From: Amoebophrya sp. A120
Lineage: Eukaryota; Protista; Dinoflagellata
Reading direction: 5' to 3'
DNA length: 64,000 nt
Assembly (NCBI GenBank): GCA_905178155.1
Contig: CAJINV010000003.1
Span: 9,431,979 to 9,495,978, forward strand
The position numbers were made by a program, and so were the translations under genes. Positions 51,601 to 62,863 of this stretch are shown here, piece by piece; position 1 is the stretch's first letter, and every line of letters begins with the position of its first letter. Under the pieces are notes generated by a model that did no database searches, was not told the DNA's origin, and was given only the letters and a program-made list of their open reading frames with translations.

Positions 51601-54600
51601 CAAGAACGAAAGCCGAAGCGCCCGCCGCCCGCCGGACCACTCTCCTTAGCTTTTTTCGAAACGTCGCGCCGCCCGGCTAAAGAGAGGCTGGCGCGGCCGG
51701 AAGGCTCCCCCGGCTGTGGCACAACCTCGGCCACCGCTCGCCGACATTCATCTGCCTCCGCGCCGCGCCAGGAATGCCCGCGGGCCGGCCTCGTGATTGC
51801 CCTGCCATGCCGCGTTTGCTCAGTTTGCCAGCTGCGTAGCCCTTGCCTGCGCAGGGGCCCGGGCCCTGGAGAAAGGAAAAGTAATTTGTTGAGCCTCGGA
51901 AAAACCCTAGAAGTTCGCGCGTGAACATCTTGGACAAACCCGAAAAAGTGTCGGAAGGTAGGGGCGAGGCTAAAGCCTGGGAAAGCCTGCCGCAGGGAAA
52001 AGCTTTGATTGGCAGGAAAGTGGATCTTTGGCACTACCACGCCGCTAAGTTTGCTACTTATTCGCAGCAGGAAAACCGGAGTTCGAATCCCGGGAGCTGA
52101 AGGGCTTCTAGCGGGGCTCCGAAGTGTCCTACGCCTGGATCTTTTTACAATAATTGCCGCGGGTCGGAAGCCCCGCCCCGCGCGGGGAGGTCGCGGGCTG
52201 GAGTCTTTTTCGGAGGTGCGAGGACCCCCGCGGGGCAAGCTTTTTCGCGTTCCGGCAGTGCGGCGCGCAGCAGGTTCGCCCGATCCCCCGCGGGGGCTTC
52301 TGCGGGGTGGGCGTGCCACGAACGCGGGGGCCGCATATCGCATAGCCCCCTGGCACGGCCTGCGAGCCCCCCGGGCCCCACGGGGCGTGGCTTTTTGAGG
52401 TATTACGCCAGCGTCGGGCGGCATGAAAACAAAAGCCCGGCAACGGCAAGCCGGGCGGCCCCCGCCCTCCTGGCGTGGCTGTTCGCGGGAGCGCCGCTGC
52501 TCCTCCGTAAAAGCAGCAGGCAAGCAAGCGGCGAGCGTGAAGTCGGGCAGGGGCGAGATTCATTCCGGAAAGCACCGGGGAGAATATTGCTGGGCATCCG
52601 CTTGGCCACAGGCTGGCCCGCTTCGGGGCGATGTTGACCGCCCGAGGCCCGCGGCCGTGTCGGGTGGAGGGCCGAAGGAACATCGCGTCGGCGGAACTGT
52701 TTGGCAAGGTTTTGGCGGGGGCCTGGATAGGTCGCGGGGGGATTTTCCGGAAGGCCCGGGAAGAAGTTCCGGCATGAGGGCGCTCCGGACAATTTTTCCG
52801 GAAAGCGACTGCGCCCCATATCTTCTGGCATTGCTTGCGCATTTCCCTCGCGGGCTGCCCCCGCCAATACAGAAAGATCGCAAAGGGCGCTCGGCTGCGC
52901 TCTCCAGTGCCAGAGGACTGGGGACCCCGCCGAGGCGCTTGGAGAATTTGGCAAGGTTTCGGAAACAATTCCCCGGCGAACGCGTTGGCAGATGTCCCAT
53001 TTGTAAGGCTGACAGCACACGAGGACGGGTCCGTTCTGCTGTATGAGGGAAGCGCCTCCCGCTTTGCCAGAAAGAGCGCCTATCTTGTCAGTTCAGGCCA
53101 AGCAGTGTACTCAGTTCGCTTCAGTCCCGGCATCCCGCATATGTTTGCGGCTGGCACCCGTGACAAGAAGATTACGGTTTTTGATGCTCGGGAACAAGGC
53201 AAAAAACCGTGCACGCAGATCAAAGTGGGCTGCCCCGTCAGCTGCATTCGCTGGCGACCCCTGGCGAATGATCCTCACGTCCTTGCTACGTGCAGCAATA
53301 TTATGGACCATCAAATTCTTGTCTGGGATATGAGTCGCAAGGTCGTTGTACTCGGCAAAACCCGCACGGCGAAAGCATGCTTATTGATGTCAAATGCCAG
53401 AAGCGCGCCTATGCGTTTCCACTTAGGTTGACAAACGAGGAGAAATCCGAGGCCGTGCTCCGGAAGGGGGAACGAAAACCGCGAGGAAAGGGGTGGGGAA
53501 GTTGGGTAAAAAAGGCAAAGGCAGCACTAGGGTTTGTTTTTACGTGTCTGAACCGAGCTGAAGGCTTAGGGCACTGCATTCCTGCGCCAGGCGCTAGGCA
53601 CTGCCGCCGCGGCTAGTTTCCGGGCGAGCGGTTTGCTAAATCCACCGGAATTGGTGCCACCCGCCCCTCCGCGTGGCCCTCCTAATGTTGCCCGCGGGCG
53701 CGGAGCGGCCGGGAGGATTGAACCCCCGCAAGTGCCGCGACACTGGCAGTGCATGCTGGCTGGGGTTTGTGCGCGCCCCCCGGCCGCTTTTTGCCGGTGC
53801 CCGCTCCCGTGCCTATGGTATAGTCACGAGGGGCAAAGCAAAGGGCCTCCAGGACGCGCGCTACGCGACCGGCAGCTAGCCACGCTTTTGCGGCCGCCCG
53901 GCCCAGGCGCTTTGCCTGTGCCGCCCCCCCATTCCGAAGAAACGGTGCCGGCCGCACCAGCTCCCCGCCCCCGGCGGGCTTTTTGTCCGGTAGCGTTGGC
54001 GCGCCTCCTTCGCGCAGGGCAGTGCAAGCGCCACCACCCCTGCGGCCGGCCTTGCTTTTTTCGTTCGCCATGTCGCCCAGTGCCAAAGAAGCCTGCGGCG
54101 GGCCTGTTTTCTTTCGCAGCTCATACTGGGCCACTGCAGCGCGACCGAAGTCGCTTGCTTCGCCACTTCGCCGATTATGAAAATCTCGGCCGGCGCACGT
54201 TCCGGAAAGCCTCTCCAAAGATGGCGCCCCCGCTTTTCGGGTCAGGCGGCGGGCGCGCTCCGTTTGTCTGCGCCTTCGGATGCCGGCGAGGGGGCATGCT
54301 TGCGGGGCGGGGAAAGCAAGCGGGGGACGCTCGGCAGCGGGGTGCCCGACTGACAAGGCTAGCGCCTGAGGTGCGACAGGGCGTGTGTCGGGTCAGTTTG
54401 CGGGCTAGCCTGCGGGAGTGGATTTGGGCGGGGCGGTGGCCCGGGGCCGGCGGGTAGGGTTTTGGGGCCATGCTGCCGTGTCGTCATCAGGGCAGGGAAG
54501 CGCGGTCGGCTTGCTGCCGGGGCCCCCGTACGTCCTTCGTTTGGGGCGGCTCGCTCCGCAGCTGGTGGGCGGTCGAGCTTGGCTTAAGGCGATCCCTATG

Positions 54601-57600
54601 GTATCAGGACCAGGATGCTGAAAAAATACGTACCGCGCAAACCAGATAGGCCCCCGCAACCGAGACAAAAGGGGGCAATCGGGCGATCCGCCCGGCCCGG
54701 GAGGTTCGCTTCCGTCGTGATTTCGCGGACTCGCGTTAGGCAGTCGCTTTTCCAGAAAAATCTGTCGCAGAAACAGTGCGGCGCCCTGCTCCTATGTATT
54801 GACGCCGCCGCTGTTGGCAGGCCCAACCCGGGTAGGAGCCAGCGGCGTGCCTGGCGCCGTCGTCGTTGATTGGTGCAACTGCTGAACGAATGGCAATCCG
54901 CAAGCACAAAAACCCTGCGTGCGTGTCTCGGTGTGTTGTGTGTTGTGGGGCACCTGCGTGCTTTCGTGACCGTGCCGCGTCGCTTTGGCCGGTTTTCCAC
55001 CTTATAACGAACATGCGAGCAACTTCCCTTCCCGTCTTTGTTTTCAATTCACATCGAAAGAGCGAGTTCGTGGGCGACTTCTTTTGGGCATCTCCGGACC
55101 ATATTGTAAGCATGAGCGCGACTCCGACTCATTTATTTTTTTCTCTGTTTATCTTTATTGCTCTCAGGTAGATTGGGTCGCGGCCGCAGCTCCTCGCCTG
55201 CCGGCGCGCGAGAGAAACATCGAGCAAGCGGAAGCAGCACGATGGGCCATGCGATTTCAGTTGCAGAGAAGCACAGAGGAGAGAAGCAGGGGGGCGCCGT
55301 GGGAGTGCGCAGAGTTGCAGCGCCTGCTGCCTGCCACCTGGGAGTGCGTCTGGCTGCTGCCACAGTAGCCAGGATCCTGGTGGGCACGCAGCAGACTCTT
55401 TCTAGGCTGACTCGCTGCTGCTTTCTTGGGCTCTTAATTAAATGGCCAGCTTATCGCCCTGTGGCAGATTGCCCCTGCAAAGAGCCAGCGACTATGGGAA
55501 GCGCCTGGCTGGGACGTCAACCAAAGCAGCGAACCTACATGGCTCGTCGCGCGCCTTGGTTCTAGCGCCTGAGGTGCCGGCCCCCCGCCGCCGATCGGCC
55601 GGCGGCTGCCCCGGGTTTTGCGTTTTTTCAGGCGGACGACCCGGGGCGGGCTTCTGAGGTAGGCATCCCCTAGTTTTTCGCTAAATTGATGAGGGGCCCG
55701 GGCCGATTCCCGGGCCCCGCGTGCTTGCCGGCCCAGGCCGAGATTTTAATTTGGGCCGGCCCCATTGCCCCCGGGGCCCCCTAGCCGCGGATCGAAAGGG
55801 GCCTCCGAAGTGGCCGGCGGGGCCGCCCATGCGTGCTCTGTTGCAGGCTGGGACCGATTGCGCCAGCCCTTCGTGAGGTCGGTGGCAGCAGGAAAAGTTT
55901 TGGTGAGGCTTTGGGAGTGTTCGCGGCTCCTTGGCCGCCAAAAAAAAAGGCGGGACAATTACACTCCAGCTACATTCGAGCGAAGCCCCGGCCGAAATCC
56001 GGCAAATCGGCCAAAGGCCCGGCCAAGTCGTTGCCAGCTAGTACATTCCCGCGAGGCAGTATTGAAACAGGCGCACAGCGATGCACCGGATACGTGGAAA
56101 AGGGGAAGAATTTCGTCCCGGGACCCGTCGGGCACCCTCGGGCGCCCCGAGGGACCCAATTCAGATCAGCGCCCGGCAGTGTACCTGAAGGCGGGCGGCA
56201 CTTTTTTCGCCGCCCCAGGCGGCGAAGGAGACAAAGGGCCGGAAGGTAGCAGAATCGGAAGCCGGGGGCCCGGCCGGCATTTCTTGAAAGGGCCGGCGTG
56301 GTTTGCAATAGATACCGGGCCCAGTGGCGCGGCGGCGCTTGCAATACCGGGGTCGGGAAGCGGGACACGCCGCGCGCGGGCCAGGGGCGCTCCGAAGCCA
56401 CGCAGCTGCCGCAACATGGGGGCGCGTGGCGCCCGGCCTGCTCGGTTCCGTCGCGCGCCCGGAGTGGTTGGCTTGGCTGGTTCCGGGGAGGTCGTAGAAT
56501 TCCACAGAGCTTCGCAATTTTCAGCAAGAATAGCCGGGCCCGAGGGCGGCGCGTGAAGGAGTGCCGCAAAAAGTGGAGCTGGGACACTTGGGGGGGCGCG
56601 GCCACAGAGCGCCCTCCTCCTTCGCCTGTTGAAGACCGGGGGCGACCGGTTGGCGCCGAAATTGCTCCGCAGAAGAGAATGCCGGGCGGCGAGCTCCTTC
56701 GCGAGCAGTAGCGATTCGCGCTCGTGCTTGGCGCGCGCCCGCACGAGGCGCGTTCTCATCCTCCCGCGAACAGGCCATACAAGGATGCGCGTGACAACTC
56801 GCGCCGGCGTGCGGCGCAACCTATCGAACCGTGCCCGCGCTTCGGTATCGGCATCGCCTACCGGGCGCGATTTAGTAGGGGGCGCCTCGATCCAGCGCAG
56901 TTTTGCGCCCCTGGCCTCACACACACGCAGCCGCGCCCCTTTGGAAATAATTCGGCGGGCTACCCCCCGACACCCACAGCGAAGAAAAGGCACTTGAACG
57001 AGGGGGGGGCGTCGAGGTGTTGGACCCGCGGGGTGAAGGCGCCCGGCGCCCCAGGAAAGGGCCGCGCCCGTTACGGGTGATACTTTCTTGCCCAGTGGGG
57101 CGTCATGACGCGTATGGCGAAGTAAGGGCAGGAGGTAGTGGCGCAACACGAAGGGGCCAGCGCAGCAGCTGCGTTGCAGTCTTGCGCGCGTTTTTTATCC
57201 CCTGCCGCATCCTATCGGATAGTATCCCTAGGGATAGTATCCCTACTAGGGGGCGGACCGCAGGTAGACGACAATCTGTAGCTTCCCGGTCGCACGTCTT
57301 CTGTTGTTTGTGATTTACGCGTGCATGTTGTTCTTGAGACGTGCCTTGCTTGGTGCACGGAACATGCTGGCGCCGCTTTTCAATCATACTCGATCTCCCG
57401 CGCCGAAGGCAAGAAGGCGGCCGCGCTAGTGCCGCCATCGCCGCGATTTTATCGAGTCGATTGCATACATCATTACTTCACTTTGCTTCAGGTGTCGACG
57501 GGAAAGGATTCGACGATACAACTTCACTCGCTTCGTGTAGGTTCTCACGAACCCTGGCGACACTTTTCCAACTGCAAAGCGGGCTGCGCTGGAAGCCAAG

Positions 57601-59147
57601 AAATTGTTTGTGTAAGTGCGCACGTAAAGCGAAAGGGCCGCGTCGAGCTTCACAGACAGGACGAATATCCTAGAATGTTGCGTGCGTTTCCCGTGGATCT
57701 CGTCTATGCTTCGGATCGTCATCGATGGCGCCACAGGTGGCAAGGCGAGCGAGGTCTGGCGGGTAGTGCTACCAAGGCGGTGGCGTCATCGGTTGCATCT
57801 TCGTATAGAAATGCTTTCCCTGCCATTGGTCATCGAGAACCTTGCGGTTTCAAGCGGTTTAGCGCATCTTTCACTTTGGAGCATGATCCCACGCGGTTTC
57901 TCCGTTTGGCCGTCGACGCGAAAGGTGGCGACTTCTGGAACATAAAGCATATACCGGGGTTAGCTGCTTCCACAGCCTTGGCGGTGTCGCCTGCAGCTTC
58001 TTCGCTGACTTGTTCTGGCGGAGATGCTGGCGCTGCGGTTTCAAATAGTTCAATGCGTGACGCACCCGAGCAGCCACAGGAGTCGAATTGCGATGGAACG
58101 GGGACAAGCGTGACACCAGAAAGTCACCAGATCGTCACGCAGGAGAAGCAGAAGGAAGCCCTTCTTGCAGCTGTTGAACATTGGCGCGCGTGGTCCGATG
58201 ACAACGGGTGCCCAGGTCAGGCCTCGACATTTGCGGCCTTACGTGCGTGTGTTCGCGGTGAAAATGCTCGAGGTTCGGGCAGCGTTAGTGAAGGGAGCCC
58301 TGCTAGGGTACGATCTTCCGAACCACCGGGAAGCGGCAGTCGTCGAGTTCGTTCGAAAAGCGAAGGCCTAGAGGAGGTCGCTGATCGCGTTTACGAGCCG
58401 TTTTCTGACAGAGGTGACCTATCCGACAGTCTGGATCTATCGCGGCTCTCTGCCCTTTCGGTCTCCCAGCGGCGCCTGTTTCTACGGGTATTCGTAGCGC
58501 AGCAGTGCGAGAACGAGGTCGCAATGTGCATGATTATCGCAGCATTGACAGGGGGACGTCCTGAGGAGCAGGCACAGACGTGGGCAGGCTGGATCGCAAC
58601 CGCGAGTGAGATGCTATCGCGCTTGCGGCTCCATTCGCTGCAGGCCTCAGTGCTAAAGCATGTTCCCGTTTTGGACGTTGCCGGGACATCTTCCCCGGAT
58701 GCCCGCAGCAGCTGCTTCCCAGTCGCATGCACTTCATGCCACACACCCTACGCGCCGCCGCTTTACGAATACGAATGGAGTGACGCTCCCACTCGAGATC
58801 CTGCTTTGCCGAGGCACCTCTGCGGTCGCGCCAGCGCGAGGCCGACCACCTCTATCAGCTTCGTGCACGAAGAACATTCGCGGCGTGGAGATCAAGAACC
58901 CCAGTGTCATGCCCACAGCACGCACTGTCAAGCGCCCAGGTTGCAGCTGCAGCCGTGTGGCCGCTGCCACGCCGCACCCAAGGCAAAGTGCGCAGTGTGC
59001 GGTAAAAAAGTACGCGGGCAGTGGTTTGCATGCCCTCGGTGCGCTAGCGGTGGGCACCTGGAGCACATGGCCGAATATTTTGACCAGCACAACTCTTGTC
59101 CCTTGTGCAAGCAAACGCCAGGCACAGCCATCCGACAAGCTTCGTGA
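45651..59147 (+). CDS. WDR24: WDR24/SEA2-like GATOR2 subunit (WD40 repeats + C-terminal RING/zinc finger). Inferred exons: ~45626-46660, 46962-~47091, ~48355-48381, 48704-~48813, ~49874-50115, 50932-51114, 53008-53333, 55020-55105, 57492-59147. Start unresolved.
   Basis: WD pieces CFHPASEGFVASSSANGMLCLWDV, LVSADAAGAVKLW, LLTAHEDGSVLLY, MFAAGTRDKKITVFD, VSCIRWRP..VLATCSNIMDHQILVWDM, LPVFVFNSH..VGDFFW..DHI-VSTGKDSTIQLH. C-terminal CAVC..V.G....CPRCASGGHLEHM..YF.....CP. The first three exons are less certain. Confidence 0.82.
46661..46961 (+). other. Probable GT-AG intron (WDR24)
   Basis: ca|GTACTT ... tttctttCAG|a atg; phases match. Confidence 0.55.
50116..50931 (+). other. Canonical GT-AG intron (WDR24)
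   Basis: gg|GTGAGT ... gctaat..tttgCAG|g tac; phase 2 matches. Confidence 0.75.
51115..53007 (+). other. Long fold-back intron (WDR24), GC-AG possible
   Basis: Direct repeat GCTG (51115-51118 / 53008-53011) and degenerate terminal inverted repeats. The join gives TQLL-TAHEDGSV. Confidence 0.78.
53334..55019 (+). other. Long fold-back intron (WDR24); exact boundary ambiguous by a few nt
   Basis: tcgcaaggtcgttgta at the 5' end vs the reverse complement of the 3' end, tcgcatgttcgttata. The join connects VWDM to (RA)TSLPVFVFNSH. Confidence 0.78.
55106..57491 (+). other. GT-AG intron (WDR24) with an internal AG|GT site at 55167/55168
   Basis: att|GTAAGC ... ctttgcttCAG|gtg; phase 0 join DHI-VSTGKDS. 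Confidence 0.8.
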
Positions 59148-60139
59148 GACGCGGCGGGCCGTATTTCGATGTCTCGTCTGATGTGTGATTTGTCTGGCTC
59201 CATTGCCATTGGAGTAAACAGGGAGAAGTAGCACCAATACGACCGAACGCGCACGCGCTCGCTCAGATGTGATCTCAGGTTCCTTCTTTGCTTGCTCACT
59301 CATCATAATTGTATAAACTACGCAGGCGGAGGCGCTAGGAGAAAAGCATTCGTGACTGAGAGTGTAATTGGGACCAGGTGGTACGTACTCGGGTGTGCAC
59401 CCTTCTTCTGTGAGACTCCGGCAGGCAGATAGCCAGATGGCCAAAATAAACGACAGGAACGCACTGTGCCACAGGTGAGATGAGTTGATATGGCTGCCAT
59501 ACGTGATTTTGCTAGTGAAGGCGATGGGCACGAGTCCATCTGTAGGATTGTGAAGAAACACGAGGCTAAAGTGTGACTGCGGGTGTAGTTCTAGTGGACA
59601 GCGCCAACAGATGAAAGACAACGAAATACCAAGACCACGACAGACACCGCTTAGGCTCTGGCGACTGAAACAGCAGGAGGTTCGTGCTTTTCCATTGTGT
59701 ACGTACCTACTCGAGAGCAACCGGCTTTTTTCCTTATTGTTATTACATACAGATACTAATACTTATACATCCCCCAAAGCACGCCCCCCGAATGAAGTAC
59801 ATTGGTTGACCCTCGTTGTCTCCTTCTTGGTTAATCAGTAAACAGAGATCCTAATATGTCATGAGCCGCCAATCACCGCCTAGTTCCCGTCCCGTCCCTC
59901 TACACTGCTCTATCCTAGTCGTGTGCCAGGCTGCGCACAGATGTAAACCCGCTCCTGTCTATCGAGGGTTAGAGTAAGAGGCTCCGCCAATCACCACTAT
60001 ACTCCAGCTCCAGCTCTACCACTTAATGTCAATCTCAAACTAAGTCCCCGGCTCAGTCGCGAATGAGCGTGATCACTAAATTGATAATGCTGCACCTGTG
60101 GAGATGGAGAAGTGTGACGCAAAATTCAACTAATCCGCT

Positions 60140-60480
60140 AAAAAATTGAAAAACAAGAAATAGAACCAGGGCCGGACTTCAAACACCGCGACCGCCCGGC
60201 GATGGGCGTAGGGCGCGCCCGCCGAAGCATGTAGCGTTTGCCGCGTTCCCCGCGACGCCCAGATTGGCACCGTAGTGGCGGGGCCGGCTCCCGGAAAGAA
60301 ATTTCAAATTTGCAAAGAACTTGCGATGTGTGTCAATTGGCCGCCTGCCCGTGCGGCGTAACGCCATCCACGACGGCACGGCGGGCCCACAAAAAGCAGG
60401 CGCACGGCCGGCCCGCGGCCAGGGCGGAGGAAAGAGAGCACCAATGAGCCCACTACCTCCGCCACGGCAGCCATATTTGG
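60140..60480 (+). mobile_element. 3' partial, diverged copy of the same family
   Basis: ccggaaagaaatttcaaatttgc.., cggcacggcgggccca, ends cactacctccgccacggcagccatatttgg. Confidence 0.68.
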
Positions 60481-61050
60481 CATCAGACGCGCGCGCGCTG
60501 CCCCCCGTGCTAGGGCATTAGCCTCGCGACATCGTGCTCGGGACGATGCTCGATGCGAGCGTGGCTATGATAGTGTGGTTGCGCTCTCCGGTTGCTTTTT
60601 GGGCTGCGCACGGGCAGCGGTGTAAAGAAGTCGATGATGGCCCGCGGTTCAGAAGAGCACTTGGGGAAGGTTTTCGGTGGGTCCGGTCGGTTTGGCCAAG
60701 CTATTTTACGCCCGGGACTTGGCTATGACTGTGTGGCTTTAGCGCGTGGCTCGCGCGGCTTGCTCTTTGTAGCTTGCTGGGCCGGCCGCGGCCGGGCTCT
60801 CTCCTTACTCTCCACTGTGACCGTCGCAGGGCATCTCGCCGCGATGTCTACAGTGCGCAGTGGCACTGCCTTGGTTGAGTGTCATCGTTTCCGCGCGCTT
60901 TCGCTTGGTGGGTGAACTGCGCAGGGAGTGCGATTGCAGAGATCTATAAATAGCCATGGCATGCTATCAAAATCACAACCACGGCGGGCCGCACAACTAA
61001 TGCCAGCGACATCAAAAACGCTAGAGCGTCGCGGGGTCTTTTGTTTGTTT

Positions 61051-61295
61051 GTAGTGAGGCCACCGAACGGCTCGAGCCAGGGAGTTTTTTTGACACCTCC
61101 CGCGCAAAGCGGCCGGCACTTTTCAAGCGGCCGGAAGTGTTTTCATACATGAAAGCTGTCCGCCTATCAAGAAGAAGGGGCCAGGGCTTCGCCGTCAATC
61201 AAACATGCCCGAGGGAATTCTATCGATTCCCGCTCGACAAAATGACTCAGGGGAGCCGGCGAAAGGGGCGCCCTTCTGAGGCGCCCACCGCCTTA
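61051..61295 (+). mobile_element. 5' partial copy of the same family
   Basis: ttt|gtagtgaggccaccgaacgg ... aaaggggcgcccttctgaggcgccc. Confidence 0.75.
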
Positions 61296-61774
61296 GTTTC
61301 TGGCATTTAGGTGCAGCCGCAAGCTACTTCCGAGCAGGATTATAGATAGCATGTTACACAGGTGGTCGCTCGCCTGAAGAAGCGAGCACGCGAGTGATTT
61401 TGCTTATCTTTCTTATTCATATTCTCAGGAACTCACTTAGCACATACAGCAGTCACTCGCCGTTCTAAAGAAGCAAGGAAGCACGCAATGGGTTCCATCC
61501 GATAGCATGCGGAGTAGTAGTTTAGTTCGGAACTGCTCCTACCGTCGGCGAGGGATAGACCGGCCCCTGTGCAGGTGAGCCGCACTTATTTCCTGCGGGG
61601 AATTGCTTTGCTTACCTCCAACGGCGGGGTTGGGGAGTCTGTCAGAGGCCCAGATAAACTACCTGCCACGACTGAGATTGCGGCCGGAACGAAACACAGC
61701 ACGCGCGCACGTATCATCCTTGACTATACACCGATGAAGCGCAACCGCAATTATTCCCATGCCTATGTATAGAT

Positions 61775-62863
61775 ATGATGCCTCCACCAGGAAGGGAGCT
61801 GGCATCGGGAAGCGAGCGCACACTCAGCAGCTCCGCTGTGGCATCGTTGGCGCCCGGAGGCCGAGGTAGCAGCCGCGTGCTCGGATACGCAACCGTATGT
61901 GCGGGATACTGGTATAGTGAGAAGGATTTCCTCACTTATGTTGCCCGTGAGAAGGTTGTTCTTGATGCGTGCGGATTTCTGGTCGCGGGCATTGCAGACG
62001 AGCTGGCCAAAGTGTCCGAAGGCGGTCAAAGTCAGACGCTATATAAGCACAGCATCCGGCCGCGCCCGCCACAGTCCAGCGCCATACTTTCGGTGCTCAA
62101 CTCGCACCAGCGTGGGAGCTACTACCGCGCCCAGTGGTATCTGGTCAACGAACAACATGGACACGGAGTAAGCCTACTGGCATTTAGCTGCGTTGTAAAT
62201 AATCTCGGTGACGGGAGCGCTCTTAAACTTAATGCCACAGAAACCGCAGAGCCAGAGGCTGAGGCAGACGACGCACGGCAGCACCTGCAGAAGGGTGTAC
62301 TACCAAGCAGCAACGAATTTTACGTTCGAAAAAAGACCAGGTGGGGCCTTAGATTTTCACCCTTCTGCACATCAAAAGCAAACACAATGCACACGCGGTC
62401 TTTGGAAGCACGATGGACGGTCCCGGTATCGAGTCGCCCCCTTCGGCAACACCTTCCAACTACAACCACGATAACAAAGCGTGGGACCCAGGGGAATACT
62501 TCAACAAGCGACCTGTTTTTTTTTTGCGTGCGTATGGGCCTTCGGAGAGCTTCCTACCCCACCAAGCAGAAAAAGGCCATCGACCGCGCGAAGATTGTTC
62601 CGCTGAATGAGAGCTTCGCTCAAGTTTTCGTTCCAGAGTTGTTAGAACAGGACTCACTGCCGACCTTATCCCCCCAAGATAGTGGCGAGTTTTTAGATGA
62701 GCTGCTCGAGGACGTGAAGAACGTACCCGAGTGGTCGCTGTACGACGCCAGCCTCGGGAGGCTTCTGCAGGAATCAAAGTTGCGGACCCGAAGCTTTTAC
62801 ACTCCGCAGCAATTTATGGCCTCCCAGAATGCTGATCGGTCGCAATGCGACGTGCAACTCTAG
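61775..62863 (+). CDS. Hypothetical protein ORF (possibly a gene fragment)
   Basis: 362-aa ORF with an ATG start in non-repetitive sequence; no recognised motif. Confidence 0.35.
   Translation: MMPPPGRELASGSERTLSSSAVASLAPGGRGSSRVLGYATVCAGYWYSEKDFLTYVAREKVVLDACGFLVAGIADELAKVSEGGQSQTLYKHSIRPRPPQSSAILSVLNSHQRGSYYRAQWYLVNEQHGHGVSLLAFSCVVNNLGDGSALKLNATETAEPEAEADDARQHLQKGVLPSSNEFYVRKKTRWGLRFSPFCTSKANTMHTRSLEARWTVPVSSRPLRQHLPTTTTITKRGTQGNTSTSDLFFFCVRMGLRRASYPTKQKKAIDRAKIVPLNESFAQVFVPELLEQDSLPTLSPQDSGEFLDELLEDVKNVPEWSLYDASLGRLLQESKLRTRSFYTPQQFMASQNADRSQCDVQL

Noticed and set aside
51576-57149. Numerous 200-330-aa Arg/Pro/Gly-rich ORFs
   Set aside because: They lie in GC-rich WDR24 introns, are open on both strands, and show no transposase, RT or endonuclease motif.
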